DNA of 64,000 nt from Paramecium tetraurelia (taxonomy: Eukaryota), in NCBI GenBank assembly GCA_000165425.1, contig CT868658.1, positions 1-64,000 of the forward strand. The letters are read 5' to 3'. Each line of letters starts with the position of its first letter. Position 1 is the first letter of the stretch. The notes under the pieces were generated by a model. That model ran no database searches. It worked only from the letters and a program-made list of their open reading frames with translations, and was not told the origin of the DNA. A program made the position numbers and the translations under genes. Below are positions 28,788 through 41,046 of the stretch, one piece after another.

Positions 28788-29591
28788 TCATTAATCAAGT
28801 TATGGTAATGAGTCTTAAAATGGTTGATTTTATTTTTCATTAGTTCTTTTTTAAATCCATGTATTAAGTAAATTGTTAGATTTTAGAAATTCCAAATTTG
28901 TATTCTAATTACTATGTATATGTAAAAACTATTATTGCTTTACCTAATCACATTGCATCTATTCAATAGTATTCTATTGTGGAGTTTGCCATAGATTCTA
29001 CTACTACTACTACTATAGAGGTGCTTATTAAGGTTAAACACTTGGTGACATGTCTTGGTATGGACTTCGAATGAGTAATGGTGACATTCCCATATAGGCA
29101 TTGTTGTTGTTATTGTACATGTACATTGGCTGTGCAGGTGTGTAAACCATAGGTGTTTAGTTGATTTATTAAAATGGGGAAATAAGATTATAATTTTAAG
29201 GATAATTCTTAAAATATTGTCCCATTAACATTTAGACAGGAGTCTATTGGATTTATTAAGAAATTTCCTCTTGATATGGTCGAAAACCTTAATAAAGTAC
29301 TTGGTTTTATTATTATTGAACAGGAGACATTTATACTTATTTTAATCTGAATTGATCATTCTTCAATTCTTCCAATTATTGGAGTTATGGTTAAAAATAA
29401 TAAGATAAGGTGTTTGGAGTAGATAAGTCTCTCTTATTGTTTTCATTTAATGATAATTAGGGTATTTAATATTATTGGGAAAGGATTTTTTGTTATTAAT
29501 CCAGTTGGAAAGATGATTGATCCAATAATTAATCATCATTTTATCTATTGATAATTTATTCTAATTGTTATCTTGTATTATATTATTGTTA

Positions 29592-29632
<41 letters not shown>

Positions 29633-30766
29633 GTTATATTTGTTATTTAGATTTATTTTCCTTATGTTTTGTCTTTTGAGTTTATTTTACTTATTATGAA
29701 TGTTAAACTATAGGATCTGGGCCTATGTTTAGGAAGTCCTTTATTTGCGAACTTATTTTCCTCCTTTTGGTTTAGGGTTCTTGAGGCATTATTAGGGGAG
29801 GTTCTTGAATTAATTCTTTTTTTTTCTCTCTTAGATTAAATTTTAATTTTGCTTATCTTGAATATTGAGTTCGAACTTAAGGTTCTTCTTTTTGAGGTTC
29901 TTCTTCTTCTTCTATGTTTTATTTATTCAAGTATTCTTTAATAGCCTGGAGTTCTTCAATGTCGTCATCTTCTTCATCCTTATATATTTTCTAAATTAAA
30001 CTTTTAAATCTATAAGATTATATTGTAGATTTATACCTATTTTTGACTTAGTTCTCTGTCCTGCCTTCAAGCAAAGTAGATATAAGGGACCATCTCTTGC
30101 CATTTTTGACAACTGTGTTTAATAATTGAAGATCTTCTTACTGGCTCCAATTCGTTCTATTGTATTTAATAAGTGAGGATACTTTTTAAGTTTTGGGTTC
30201 AAGTAATTCATCCATCTTTCTCTAACTTATTTGGGTGTTCTAATGAATTGTCCATTATTTTGATTATATAATTCAAGTGCAATGTGTGTCCATATATGTT
30301 TTTCATCTTACTCACTAAATTATAGATATAAAATAACTCACTGCATGAGTGACTTAATGATTTCATCTTCTTCTGGATCCCAATTGATACTTTTGGAAAC
30401 TGGATTGATCAAAGTAATCCATCTTTATTTAAGTGTAGTTTCATCAATCTAAAGTATAGATGCCAATTAGATCCATTCCTCCTTGTTTGGATTTATGGTC
30501 TTTTTGTTTTTGAGTTAAAAGAATTTACCCAATATCCAGATAAACATCATTTTGCATTGTTTGTCCCACTTACGTTTGATTCCAGCCTTCTCCTCAGATA
30601 ATAATCTAAAACAATATTAATGATTTCTAAACTTTTAGGCTATGGATTCAAAATGTTTACTATTAGGATTAATGAAATTCTCCTTTATTTTGAATTAGTT
30701 ACGGAAAGGGAAGGGAAGTTCTGCATTTTTCAATGTGCCTAACTCTTATAGAAACTCATGAAACAT
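28788..30766 (-). CDS. Myb/SANT-repeat transcription factor with Q/P-rich C-terminus
   Basis: WDPEEDEII..WTHIA..KQVRERWMNYLNP and WSQQEDLQL..GKRWSLIS..GRTENQVKNRF. PolyQ at ~29580-29640. First exon/intron junctions ambiguous. Confidence 0.88.
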
Positions 30767-30777
30767 TTAATTAATTA

Positions 30778-31865
30778 ATGGTTAATTGGACTCAAAGATT
30801 TGTTACAGGATTGATTGGAGGTCCCATTGTTTTGTACGCAATCTAAAATTAATTAGCACTCTGCGTCCTTATTAATGGTATACATATAATATAATATTTC
30901 AAGTGGTGCTCTATTTGTTACATGCAGAATTCTAAAAATTGATTTCGAATGTACTTAAACATAATTGCAGTGATTCAGATCGTTGGTATGTGGAAACCAT
31001 GTCATCCTCTTGGGTATTTATAAACTTTACATATCAATAGTTCATTCGAATTCCCACTCATTATTTCATTACTATGTCCATAATGCAGAGCAATCCATTA
31101 AGTGTTCATTTACATATGGTCATATCCATTTTCTTCTTACTTCTTGTTAGATTGATGAATTATCTAAAAATTAGCGATTTCTTAAAATAAAATGAGAAGT
31201 AACCACTCTCTGCATATTTTATTTTTAGGACTATCTCAGATAAGTTTCCAAGTCAAATGGTTGAAAAGAAAATTCAAATGTTAACATTCTTCTAAATGTC
31301 TGCTGATATAGTATGTAATTGCTATTGCTCATATAATTAGAATTCATGCTATTTGTCTATCCTCTCAATTTTGTTTTGATAGTTTTCCAATTTAAATAAG
31401 CATAAGCTTTGAATCTCATTTGGTTGATATCTGCTTGGTAAACTGATAATGGTGCGTTGTTTATGGGTTCCATGTTTGGTAAAACATTATTTTGTCCAAA
31501 AATCTCACCAAATAAAACATGGGAGGGGGTCAGTGGAGGTATATTCTTAAGTGTCTTTTCTTCACTCATACTCTCACAACTGAATTTTTTATCTTTTATC
31601 ACTTTGGACAGTCTCCATACAAAGCATTTCCTATTAATTTCCTTGATAGTTTCTATAGCATCTATTTTTGGAGATTTGATTGAATCCTTCATCAAAAGAG
31701 TTGCTGACGTCAAGGATTCTGGCTCACTCTTTCCTGGCCATGGAGGTATTCTTGATAGAGTACTTTCAATTTTTATATTTTTAGCTTGATTCCCTATGTT
31801 TTAGTGCACCTTTTGTTTACCTATATATTCAAATGTATATGCATGATGTTTTAGAAGAGGTGTGA
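30778..31865 (+). CDS. CDS: Phosphatidate cytidylyltransferase (CDP-diacylglycerol synthase)
   Basis: N-terminus MVNWTQRFVTGLIGGPIVL, then [51 protein letters not shown]. Five tiny introns. Confidence 0.9.
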
Positions 31866-32028
31866 TATATAATAATAGTATTCATTTATTTATTTCTCTC
31901 TAAAACAAGCGAATCAGTAAAACCAATATTTGAATTTAATTAATTATGAATTATTTTAATATTGAACAATAATATCTTTAGTCTCTAAATTTAATCAGTT
32001 CATTATTAAATCATTTATTTATTTATTA

Positions 32029-32640
32029 ATGTACAATAGACACTCGGATTTCAAAATGCTCGATTAATATTCTCGACCTTAATCTAGAATTCAATTTCTG
32101 CCTGAAATACCACTCTATTAATAATTCAGATCTCTATAAAATATTCCTAATACTAGTAGAGCTTAAGACGCTATGATATCTGGCCGATATAGTGATTAAC
32201 TCTATGAATCTTAAACCTAAAGAGTTATTTAGAGTTTGAAAGATAAGAAAGTTAGTTTCAATTAGGAGTCACCAAATTTATAAAGAGGACTATTAAGAAA
32301 AATGGATGATAAAGGGATATCTACAAAGGAGAATAGTCAACCCAAGAGCATTTTGAAAAGAAAAGGGTCAAATAGCAGTAGACACTCTGATATTTTTGAT
32401 TTTTTTGAGTCAGTTGAAGTAGAATAATAATAAGTTATTCGAAACAATAAACATGTAACACTTGCACCTTTGCAATGTTCGATAACTCTCTCACCAAAAA
32501 AGATTGAGACAGTATCTCCAAAGAGGGTTTCATTTAATAGGAGAATATAAGTGAAAATTATAGGGGATGATGAGTTCAATATACAGAAATCAACAAGTAG
32601 ACATGCATTTAGAAGATAGTTGACTGATTTTATAAATTGA
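32029..32640 (+). CDS. Hypothetical disordered protein with SILK and two RVxF motifs (putative PP1 regulator)
   Basis: Intronless 203-aa code-6 ORF containing KKVSF, KSILK and KRVSF. Confidence 0.7.
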
Positions 32641-32662
32641 TAACAATATTTTATATATATTA

Positions 32663-33631
32663 ATGTAAAACAATTAAATCATTTACTCTTAACCTTAAGA
32701 AAAAAGATCATTTTTGTCTCGATTGTGTTCTTGCTTTGAATATTTCAAAAAGAATCCTAAGCAAGAGAATTAATATCATCCAGAAATAGATAGTCCGAAA
32801 TCGTCATTTATTGTATGAGACTGGGATTTTATATAGGGTCAAAGGAAAATAATTGTTTTGGACTTAGATGAAACATTAGTGCATAGTTAATTTTAGCACT
32901 TTGATTCTTACGACTTGTCACTTGATGTAATCCATATAATAGAAGTAGATTGTGGTGTAATCACAGAATTTTAAAGTATTTGTGATTGTCCGTCCTGGAA
33001 TTAAGTAATTCTTTGATTAACTTAATCAATTCTACGACATAATTTTGTGGACAGCTAGTTTAAAGGAGTATGCCATGCCAGTAATGGACTATATTGATCC
33101 AGATAGAAAAGCGGTGGAGAGATTATTTAGAGATAGTTGTACCCCTTTGAAAAATGGATTAACTAAGGATTTAACTAAATTGGGGAGAGATCTTAAGGAT
33201 GTTGTGATTGTTGATGTAAGAATATTATTGTTTCAATATATAGAATTCAGTTTTCTCATTTATTATGAATCCTGAGAATGGGTTAAAGATTAAGGATTTT
33301 TATTTTGATAAATTTGACAAGGAACTAGAAACCATATTGCCTTTTTTAATTTGGATTTCATAAGTATGGTGATCAACTACTAAATAAGTTGTCTGATGTC
33401 AGACCAGTTTAAATACAATATGGAGAGTTTCAAAAGAAGAAGCGATTAGAGAAGAAGAGTGATGAATAACAAAATTAATATGGGATATCGAAATCTGTAA
33501 CGATTTAGAGGAAGAAACTTAATCGGAAGAGTCTGATCAAGACATTGACTGAGCATGTGATGGAGAGAGCACGAGTAGGCAAAGAGGACACTAATGAGAG
33601 TGAGAAGGAAACATTTGAGATGGGTAATTGA
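32663..33631 (+). CDS. NIF/SCP-family CTD small phosphatase (HAD)
   Basis: IVLDLDETLVHS, VRPG, WTASLKEYA, LFRDSC, KDLTKLGRDLKDVVIVDNS. N-terminal LCSCF. Confidence 0.92.
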
Positions 33632-33677
33632 TACTGAGAGTTTTGGTTTAATTTATTTGTTTGTATTATATTTAAAA

Positions 33678-36625
33678 ATGGAAGATATTCAAATCACTAC
33701 AGTAGAAAGTGAGACTGGCAGGAAGTTAGTATGAGTTTGAGTCTATGTAGGGTAAATATTCGATGAGATCAATGGCTTTGCCGAAGATTTCAATTGCAAA
33801 GTAACTGCCGTATTTGAGTGGATTGGATGATGTGAGTATGCCCAAACGTTATAACAGGCAATATTACAAGATCCAATAACCAACCAAAGAGAAGGATCTC
33901 ATTAATGATGTTAATTGAATTCAATATATTGTGTAGAAGGAGGTCTTTGCGAGTCTGACATATAATAATGAGGAACCTTATGAGGATCGTAAGCCCAAGG
34001 AGTTGGTTGGCGAGGACGCTTACAGATCCTATTACCATACATTTAAAAATATTAAGAGAATTTTGGAACAGAACTAATTCGAGAATATTTAAAGTATTCA
34101 TAGATTATCATTACTAAATAGACTCTGTATAGACTAATTTGGTATAGAGATCTGAAAGATTACGGATTTTGCCATGTAAAATGGGTTTGATTAAACTCAA
34201 GGGTGATAGGAATTCACTTTCAATACAGAACTAAAAATTTGGAGATAAATATGTGGAGATGCTTTCTGAGGGGCTTCGGATTCTACCAGCTATTCAAGAT
34301 TTCAATTTTAATCATAATCGAATTAAGGAGCATGGGGCTTCATAATTAATGCCTTTGATTAGTAAATAAGCAAGGAAGATCGAATTTTAAACAAATATGA
34401 TTGGAGAAAAAGGTTTGGACTCAATTTTGAAGATATTACCTATACAATAATGCAAGTAAATTCAAATGCAATATAAAGGATTCAGGTTTTGAATTTGGAA
34501 GACAATAATTTGGGAGATCAACTAATTATTGAATTATGTAAAGCAATGAGCAAGAATCTCTCTGTTGAAACTTTGAACATTTCCAAAAATAAGATAACAA
34601 ACAATGCACACTAAAGTTTGAAATAGTTGATAGAATCCAACGATACTCTACTTGAATTATATTTGCGTTGGAATTCAATTAAAGGTTCTGGTGGTGTAGA
34701 GATATTCAAAGCATTATAAGCTAACAAAAATATCAAAGTCTTGGATTTCTCATACAATTTGTTGGGATGTGGAAATGTGATAGCTCCAGCTCTGAAGGAT
34801 TTCATTATTGAGAATAAATCAATTCAACATTTGGATCTATCGGCTAACAGTTTCACTTTCTCAGATTGCACTATTATATCAGAGGCTCTGAAGTAGAATC
34901 ACTCGATTTATGGATTTCATTTCAGGGGGAACTTTGGATTCGTAGATTCAAAGGGGTTCTTAATAATTGATTCAAGTATGAAGAATTTCAACTCAATTCA
35001 TATTGAATAAAGAATTAAAGGAGTAATGCCACATCCGAAACCTTATGATCATGCATCAAGATTTGAGAAAGTAAAGGATATCTGTTGGATTTGTGATCGT
35101 TGGTAGATGGCCACATTCGAATGGATTCCAAGTATGATATCACATTTATGAGGTAGATAAAAGTGGAGCATGTTCTGAGGAACCAATTTTCATTCATTTC
35201 GATTACGAAGGTTATGAACCTATCTTTTTAGGGAAACCTGATGGACACGGTCATTTCAGAACTCATAGAATGATTCCAACTGGAGACATTGAGTACTTTT
35301 ATACTGCCAATTCTATCTAAGTTGCAAGTCAATCTGTTCCTATAAAATAACACATTGAGAAATTCAGAACTAAAGTTAGCATAGCCGATTAGGTTCTCAA
35401 TCTCTTCATCATTAGGTTGTGAATGTGTTGATTGATGAAACCAATATAGAATCATATCCTAAATCGAAACCTGTTATTGAAGATTGGTATCCCAATTTTG
35501 ATGTTTTACCAAGAACATAAGATCCCATCTACATTCCTGCCAAAAGAAAGAAGTAAAAAAGAATTTGGACATATCCAATCTCTATATGGGCTCCTAAGTA
35601 TAAATTTGACACTGAGGAATTATTGCGTAAATGTTTTGAACGAGATTGGTAATGTTGCAAAATTTCTAAGTTTGTTAAAAAGTAAGAAGAACAGGATTAG
35701 GTTAAAGATATGTTATGGTAAGCATACAAACCAATGAGAGAAACCTATAGATTTTATGCTAGTGTCAATCCAACAGGAGATGTATTTTCAATGTCTGTAA
35801 ATCCAACATCTGATTTTGTGAATCAATGCCAATTGATTGATTAGAAGTAATTGAAATTGGCAGATGTGGATCTTAAATTTATTGCAACTTGTAGTGCATC
35901 TTCAATTGATTACAAGGGTAATTATAGAAATCCAGAGAGGTCATTGGTTAGATACCAGATGATGGAATTCTTAGTGAGAGTCTCAGATGATAAATACATT
36001 AGATTCAATCCCTAAATCAACATTGTCTAAGCTACCAAAATGATGTTAGAATAATGTATGCCACACATGTCCTAATTTGATTCTCATAAATGGAGAGCAG
36101 AGAGATACTTCGTAGAATAATGTGATGATGTATGTAAGAAATATAAGTGGGTTTTTGATTATGTTTATATGAGAAATTCATCCAGAAAGGTTAAGCCTGG
36201 TCAAGCACCTTTTATGTGTTTGGATGAACTCAAGGATATTTGCAATAGAGCAAATTTGTATGATGAAAACTTTGTTGAAAGGGATGTAAATCTGGCATTC
36301 AATTTATCTACACTTACACAAATTGATGAATTGGAAAGTGATAGATTATTTTAAATGCAATGGATCGAGTTTATGGAAGCCATAGCAAGGATTGCAGATA
36401 AGTATTCCCCTATTGCTATTGGAAAGAAAGAAGAAGTATTTATTATTATGATAAAGCTAGAAAGAGTGGACTTATGAGTTGAGATCGCAGTAACCACTAT
36501 ATTACAAATTAGAAGCTTTTATGGTGCATTTAATAAATACCTTAGTTGATGAGGAAACCAAAAAGAATTGGAAATAACCTACGATTTCTATGTTTGATGA
36601 AGTTGAAGAAGATGAATATTATTGA
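33678..36625 (+). CDS. Leucine-rich repeat (RI-like) protein with long ciliate-type C-terminal domain
   Basis: Repeats LNLEDNNLGD, LNISKNKIT, LYLRWNSIKGSG, LDFSYNLLG, LDLSANSF. Several tiny introns. Ends EEDEYY*. Confidence 0.85.
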
Positions 36626-36717
36626 AATATGTAATGTTTGTTTTACGTGCGTATTATTTATATCATTTACATAACAATTACATCATATACTCAATTTGTT
36701 ATTATAAAATAGCCACT

Positions 36718-38746
36718 ATGCTAGAAAAGGAGAGAAAGTAAGCTCAGTTTCCGTAATTGGAGATGTCTCACCTCTTGTATGGAGATAAGGAAGGTTTCGA
36801 CAAGTTTATAGAAAGATAGACCTTCTTTGACAACCATCCATTGTTCAAAGTCGATTTCAATTTTTTCAACAAATCCAGACAAGATTAAGTTCTTATCTTA
36901 TTTATGAAAGATCCTTTTAAATGCCCAAAAAACCATCGAAGCTGTAAAGAATCTGGATCTGGCAAATCAGAAATACTACACTCCAAATATATTATGTCCT
37001 TAAGGAAACTTTATATCTACAGTTCATTTTGCCATGGTAATTCCCGCCTTCTAGGTTTTGGCATCTGATGATCAAATTGAAAGGTGGATGCCATCATTGA
37101 AAAATTTCTATGCATTCGGATGTTATGCATAATCTGAATTAGGACATGGTTCTGACGTTTAAAGTATACTGACTGTAGCCACTTTTGATAAAACAACATC
37201 GGAATTTATAATTCATACTCCGAATGTTGAGGCTACCAAATGTACTTTATAAATTTACAAATTTAGTTTGGCCTGGAGAATTAGGATTATATTGTGAATT
37301 CGCTTTGGTATTTGCCCAATTGATAGTAGATGGAAAGAACCACGGAGTTCATCCATTCTGGATAAGAATAAGAGATAAGGATACTCATAGACCAATGCAA
37401 GGTGTTTAAATTGGTGACATAGGACCTAAGATGGGATTTGCAGTTAAGGATAATGGTTATATGTCATTTGATCATTTTCGAGCACCTCTAGATAGTTTAC
37501 TGAATAGATACATTAAAGTAAGTTCTGATGGAAAAGTTGAAAGATAAGGTAATCCAAAAGTTGGATATGCCAGTATGTTGTACATGAGAAATATTCTTTG
37601 TGATCAATATACTAAGTTTGCAGGTAAAGCTTTAACTGTTGCTGTTCGATACTCTCTATATCGAAGATAATTTAAAGATGATAATAAATAAGAGATTTTA
37701 ATTTTAGATTATCAATGTTAATAATAAAAGTTATTCCCCTTACTGGCTGAATTCTACGCTTGTGTCTTTGGAAGTATCAAAATCAAAGAATTAACCAACG
37801 AAAATTTCAATAAAATCACCTAATAAAATGACTTTAGTATGCTTAATTTGACTCATTCAATTTTGAGTGCAGCAAAATCAAATTACACTTACTTTGTAGC
37901 CAATTGTGCTGAATGGTGTAGATTGAGTTGTGGTGGCCATGGTTTTGCTCATTATTCAGGATTACCCACTATATTCTTTGAGATGTCTCCAAATGTACTC
38001 ATTATAATCATCTATTATAGATTGTGTTGGAGGGTGAAAATACTATATTAAATTTATAATTAGCAAGATATCTACTTAAACAATTATAAAACACAGTGTC
38101 CAAACCAGACTCTGTCCCCTCCTACTTTTAATTCTTGTCAACTGACACAGTCAAAATCTAGGATGTCACTACTATTTAAAGTCTCGCCACTCTTTTGGGT
38201 TGCAATTGCTCCATCTTAACTAGGTACGCTGCCTCCAAATTCATGGCCCATTCTGATCTTTAAGATAGTTGGGACACAAAGAGTGGCATTGCTTTAGCCA
38301 AGGCTGCATCAGCATTCATTCCTTACTTCAATATGATATGTTTCATTGACACCATTCAATATAAAGCTAAAGACACCAAAGAAATACTTACAGTACTCGC
38401 TTAAGTTTATGGCATAACTATGTTACTCAATAATTTTCAAGGATTGTTACTCAGTAAATTATCATATATATCATTATTAGAAAATCAAATCAGCAGTGAA
38501 TAAATTAAATTATTGCAAGATACCAGGGAATAACTATATCCAATCATAAGAAGAAATGCCTTAAGTTTGGTAGAGGCTCAAGGGTTATCTGACAACACTT
38601 TGCAAAGCTTGATTGCTCCCAAAGATGGAGATGTCTATGAAAATATGTACCGTTATGCCTCATAAGATAATTCTTTAAATAAACAGAAGGTACATGAAGG
38701 AGTAACATACATTAAAAAAATGAAGGAAGTAAATGCTAAATTATGA
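36718..38746 (+). CDS. ACOX: Peroxisomal acyl-CoA oxidase
   Basis: GCYAQSELGHGSDV, KFWPGELG, GDIGPKMG..DNG, CGGHG, EGENT. C-terminal PTS1 -AKL. Confidence 0.95.
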
Positions 38747-38758
38747 TTCTTATAATTA

Positions 38759-40043
38759 TCACAATCCATATTAAAAGAATATAACTATTGCAGTAATATC
38801 ATCTATTCCCTAACTATGCATTTTCCAAGCAGCCACAGCCTCCTAAATAATCTTTTAACAAGCTCCTTAAGGATCGTTCTTCATATAAAATGGATAAACC
38901 AATTCTGCTATCTTGATTATTTAACTCATATTACAGTTTTATTATTAAGAAACTCCCAGATTCCATCAGATCCTAATACAATAAATAAATCCTCTTTATT
39001 CACCATATCTACTATTTTTAACTCAGGTATTTGAGATACTCCAATAGATGCAGCAACCAAATCTCCTAAACTTCGACTCATTGCCAAACCAGGAAATTAT
39101 GCTCCCTTTGCCCATACTCTCGATGGTCCTATGGGTGCTCCACCTGGAAGATGATATGTATCTACAACTCCCCCATGTTATTCTATTCTCTTTCGTTCTC
39201 CTTCCAAATGAGGCTTATGATCTACTGATAATTCAATAACAGATAAATCTTGATGTTTCCTCACTAGAATGGCTCTGCTATCACCTACCCAACCGCATTG
39301 TATATTGTTTTCTTTTAGAAGTAGTACAGTTGCAGTTGTTCCAGAGAATTAACATTCAAAAGCTGTCTGCAATTTCATCTTTTAATGGATATCCAAAAAT
39401 ATCTTTTGAAAGTCAAATAGCTTATAAAACTTATTCAAATTAACTACATATTTATAAATCTCTTACGTTTCAATTGTTCCTTAACAAAACCGCTAACTTA
39501 TTCTCCTTCCATTCCATGACCATCCATTACTACAAATGCATAATTATTTTCATCTAACTATAAACAGAGTTCTCTATCTTAATTAGTTTTCTCAGATATT
39601 CCATCATAACCAGGTCGTGATTAACTAAAATAGGAGACCTTCACCTTTTCTTTTTATTATTGACTATGCTAAATACTCTCATCATTTTTATTCTTTATAG
39701 TCATTGATTACGTCAAAGACTATTATTATTACTACTGTTATTTTTATTTGGTGTCAATGATGATTCTACTTTTCATTAGAGGAGGTTTTTTAGTGATATC
39801 ACCTCCAGATATTGACTTTTCAATTTGTTTTTGCGATTTGTTTAAATCAGGTAATCTTACATTTCCCCTTTGTGTAGATATACTCTAAAAGAGCGATTTC
39901 TATTCTTCACTTACTTTTGATTCACTCTTCTATCTCTTTTGGGTTATTTAAAAGTTTTATTTTTGGTTAGCTTATTCCTTCTTAGTTTCAGACGACGATC
40001 TATTGCCAATGGGTTTTAACTATTAACCAAATTTAGTGAACAT
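38759..40043 (-). CDS. Protein phosphatase 2C
   Basis: VMDGHG, SGTTA, VGDSRA, GLAMSRSLGD, GSDGIWEFL, DDITAIVI. Confidence 0.92.
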
Positions 40044-40873
40044 TTTATAATGTTTATTATATTATTATAACCTTTCATTTTTATATTCCCAATTAGATAG
40101 ATAAAAAAGTTTATATAAATGATGAATAAGGAAATAATACTTATATTTGCATTACGAATTATATTTAAATAATCAAATTTCATTATTAAGACTACCAGGT
40201 GATTAATACACAAGGTATAAAATAAATAATTAGAGAAATGATATAAGCATTAATGAGTTTATTACATATTTCCATTATTACCTTTAATATTGAATAATTA
40301 ACAATTCAATACTTTTGGAAATTCAAATTTATTAAATTCTACTATTAAATTGCAAATAGAAACTGAAGAAATAATATCAGCTGTATTACTTTTACTTCAT
40401 ATCATGAAAATATTCTGTAAATCATATATTTTCTTAATGGAATCTTCTTATGCTTTATAAAATTCCAAGCAATTGATCCAATAGCTAAATTGTAATTTAA
40501 TTAGTAAATATATTAATTTTATATTCCATTAACAAAATATTAAATCATAATTATTCTCAATGGAATTTATATTTAAACACTTATCTCATAATTACATATC
40601 AATTGTACGATATCTGCTATTAATGATTCTAAGATATAAGACTACATCTAGTTAAATGTTATTAAATCTCAGAATTTATTGCTAGACAGATTTTCTTGCT
40701 TATTTTAAGTTATTATTATAGATAAACATATTAGTCTGATATCATTTATATTATTTAGGGATATTATATACAAATTCGATAATGGATAATTTCCATCTAA
40801 AAAATGACAAAGAAATCAATTATATTAATTATTTTAATAATAAAATTTGTATTAAGAATTGAGATAAAAAAAT

Positions 40874-40957
40874 TGCCTGCTGTCGGATTCGAACCGACGC
40901 GGAGTAGGCTCCAGCAGATCTTAAGTCTGCCCCCTTAACCAGCTCGGGCAAACAGGC
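40874..40957 (-). tRNA. trnL-UAA: tRNA-Leu(TAA), decodes UUA
   Basis: Acceptor stem GCCTGTT/AGCAGGC + A discriminator, anticodon arm GCAGA-CTTAAGA-TCTGC, long variable arm, GTCGG-TTCGAAT-CCGAC, downstream T-run. Confidence 0.95.
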
Positions 40958-41046
40958 TGTGATACTAATTTGTATATCCTTTGTATATATTTATGAAAAA
41001 ATATTAGTAAGTTTTTGGAATATTAATTTATTTTTTTTTTCTATAA

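Noticed and set aside
29575..29645. (TTA)n simple repeat
   Set aside because: PolyQ coding tract of the Myb gene on the minus strand.
31357..31713. ORF-track 118-aa minus-strand ORF (and similar shadow ORFs at 18016, 22543, 33790, 43618, 48296)
   Set aside because: Antisense shadows of real genes on the opposite strand.
40050..40860. Gene in the AT-rich gap before tRNA-Leu
   Set aside because: Only short TGA-interrupted frames with no recognisable motif.
40874..40957. tRNA with TAA in the anticodon loop as the Gln tRNA that reads TAA
   Set aside because: Anticodon UAA reads UUA (Leu), and the long variable arm fits Leu. The TAA-decoding Gln tRNA would have anticodon TTA.
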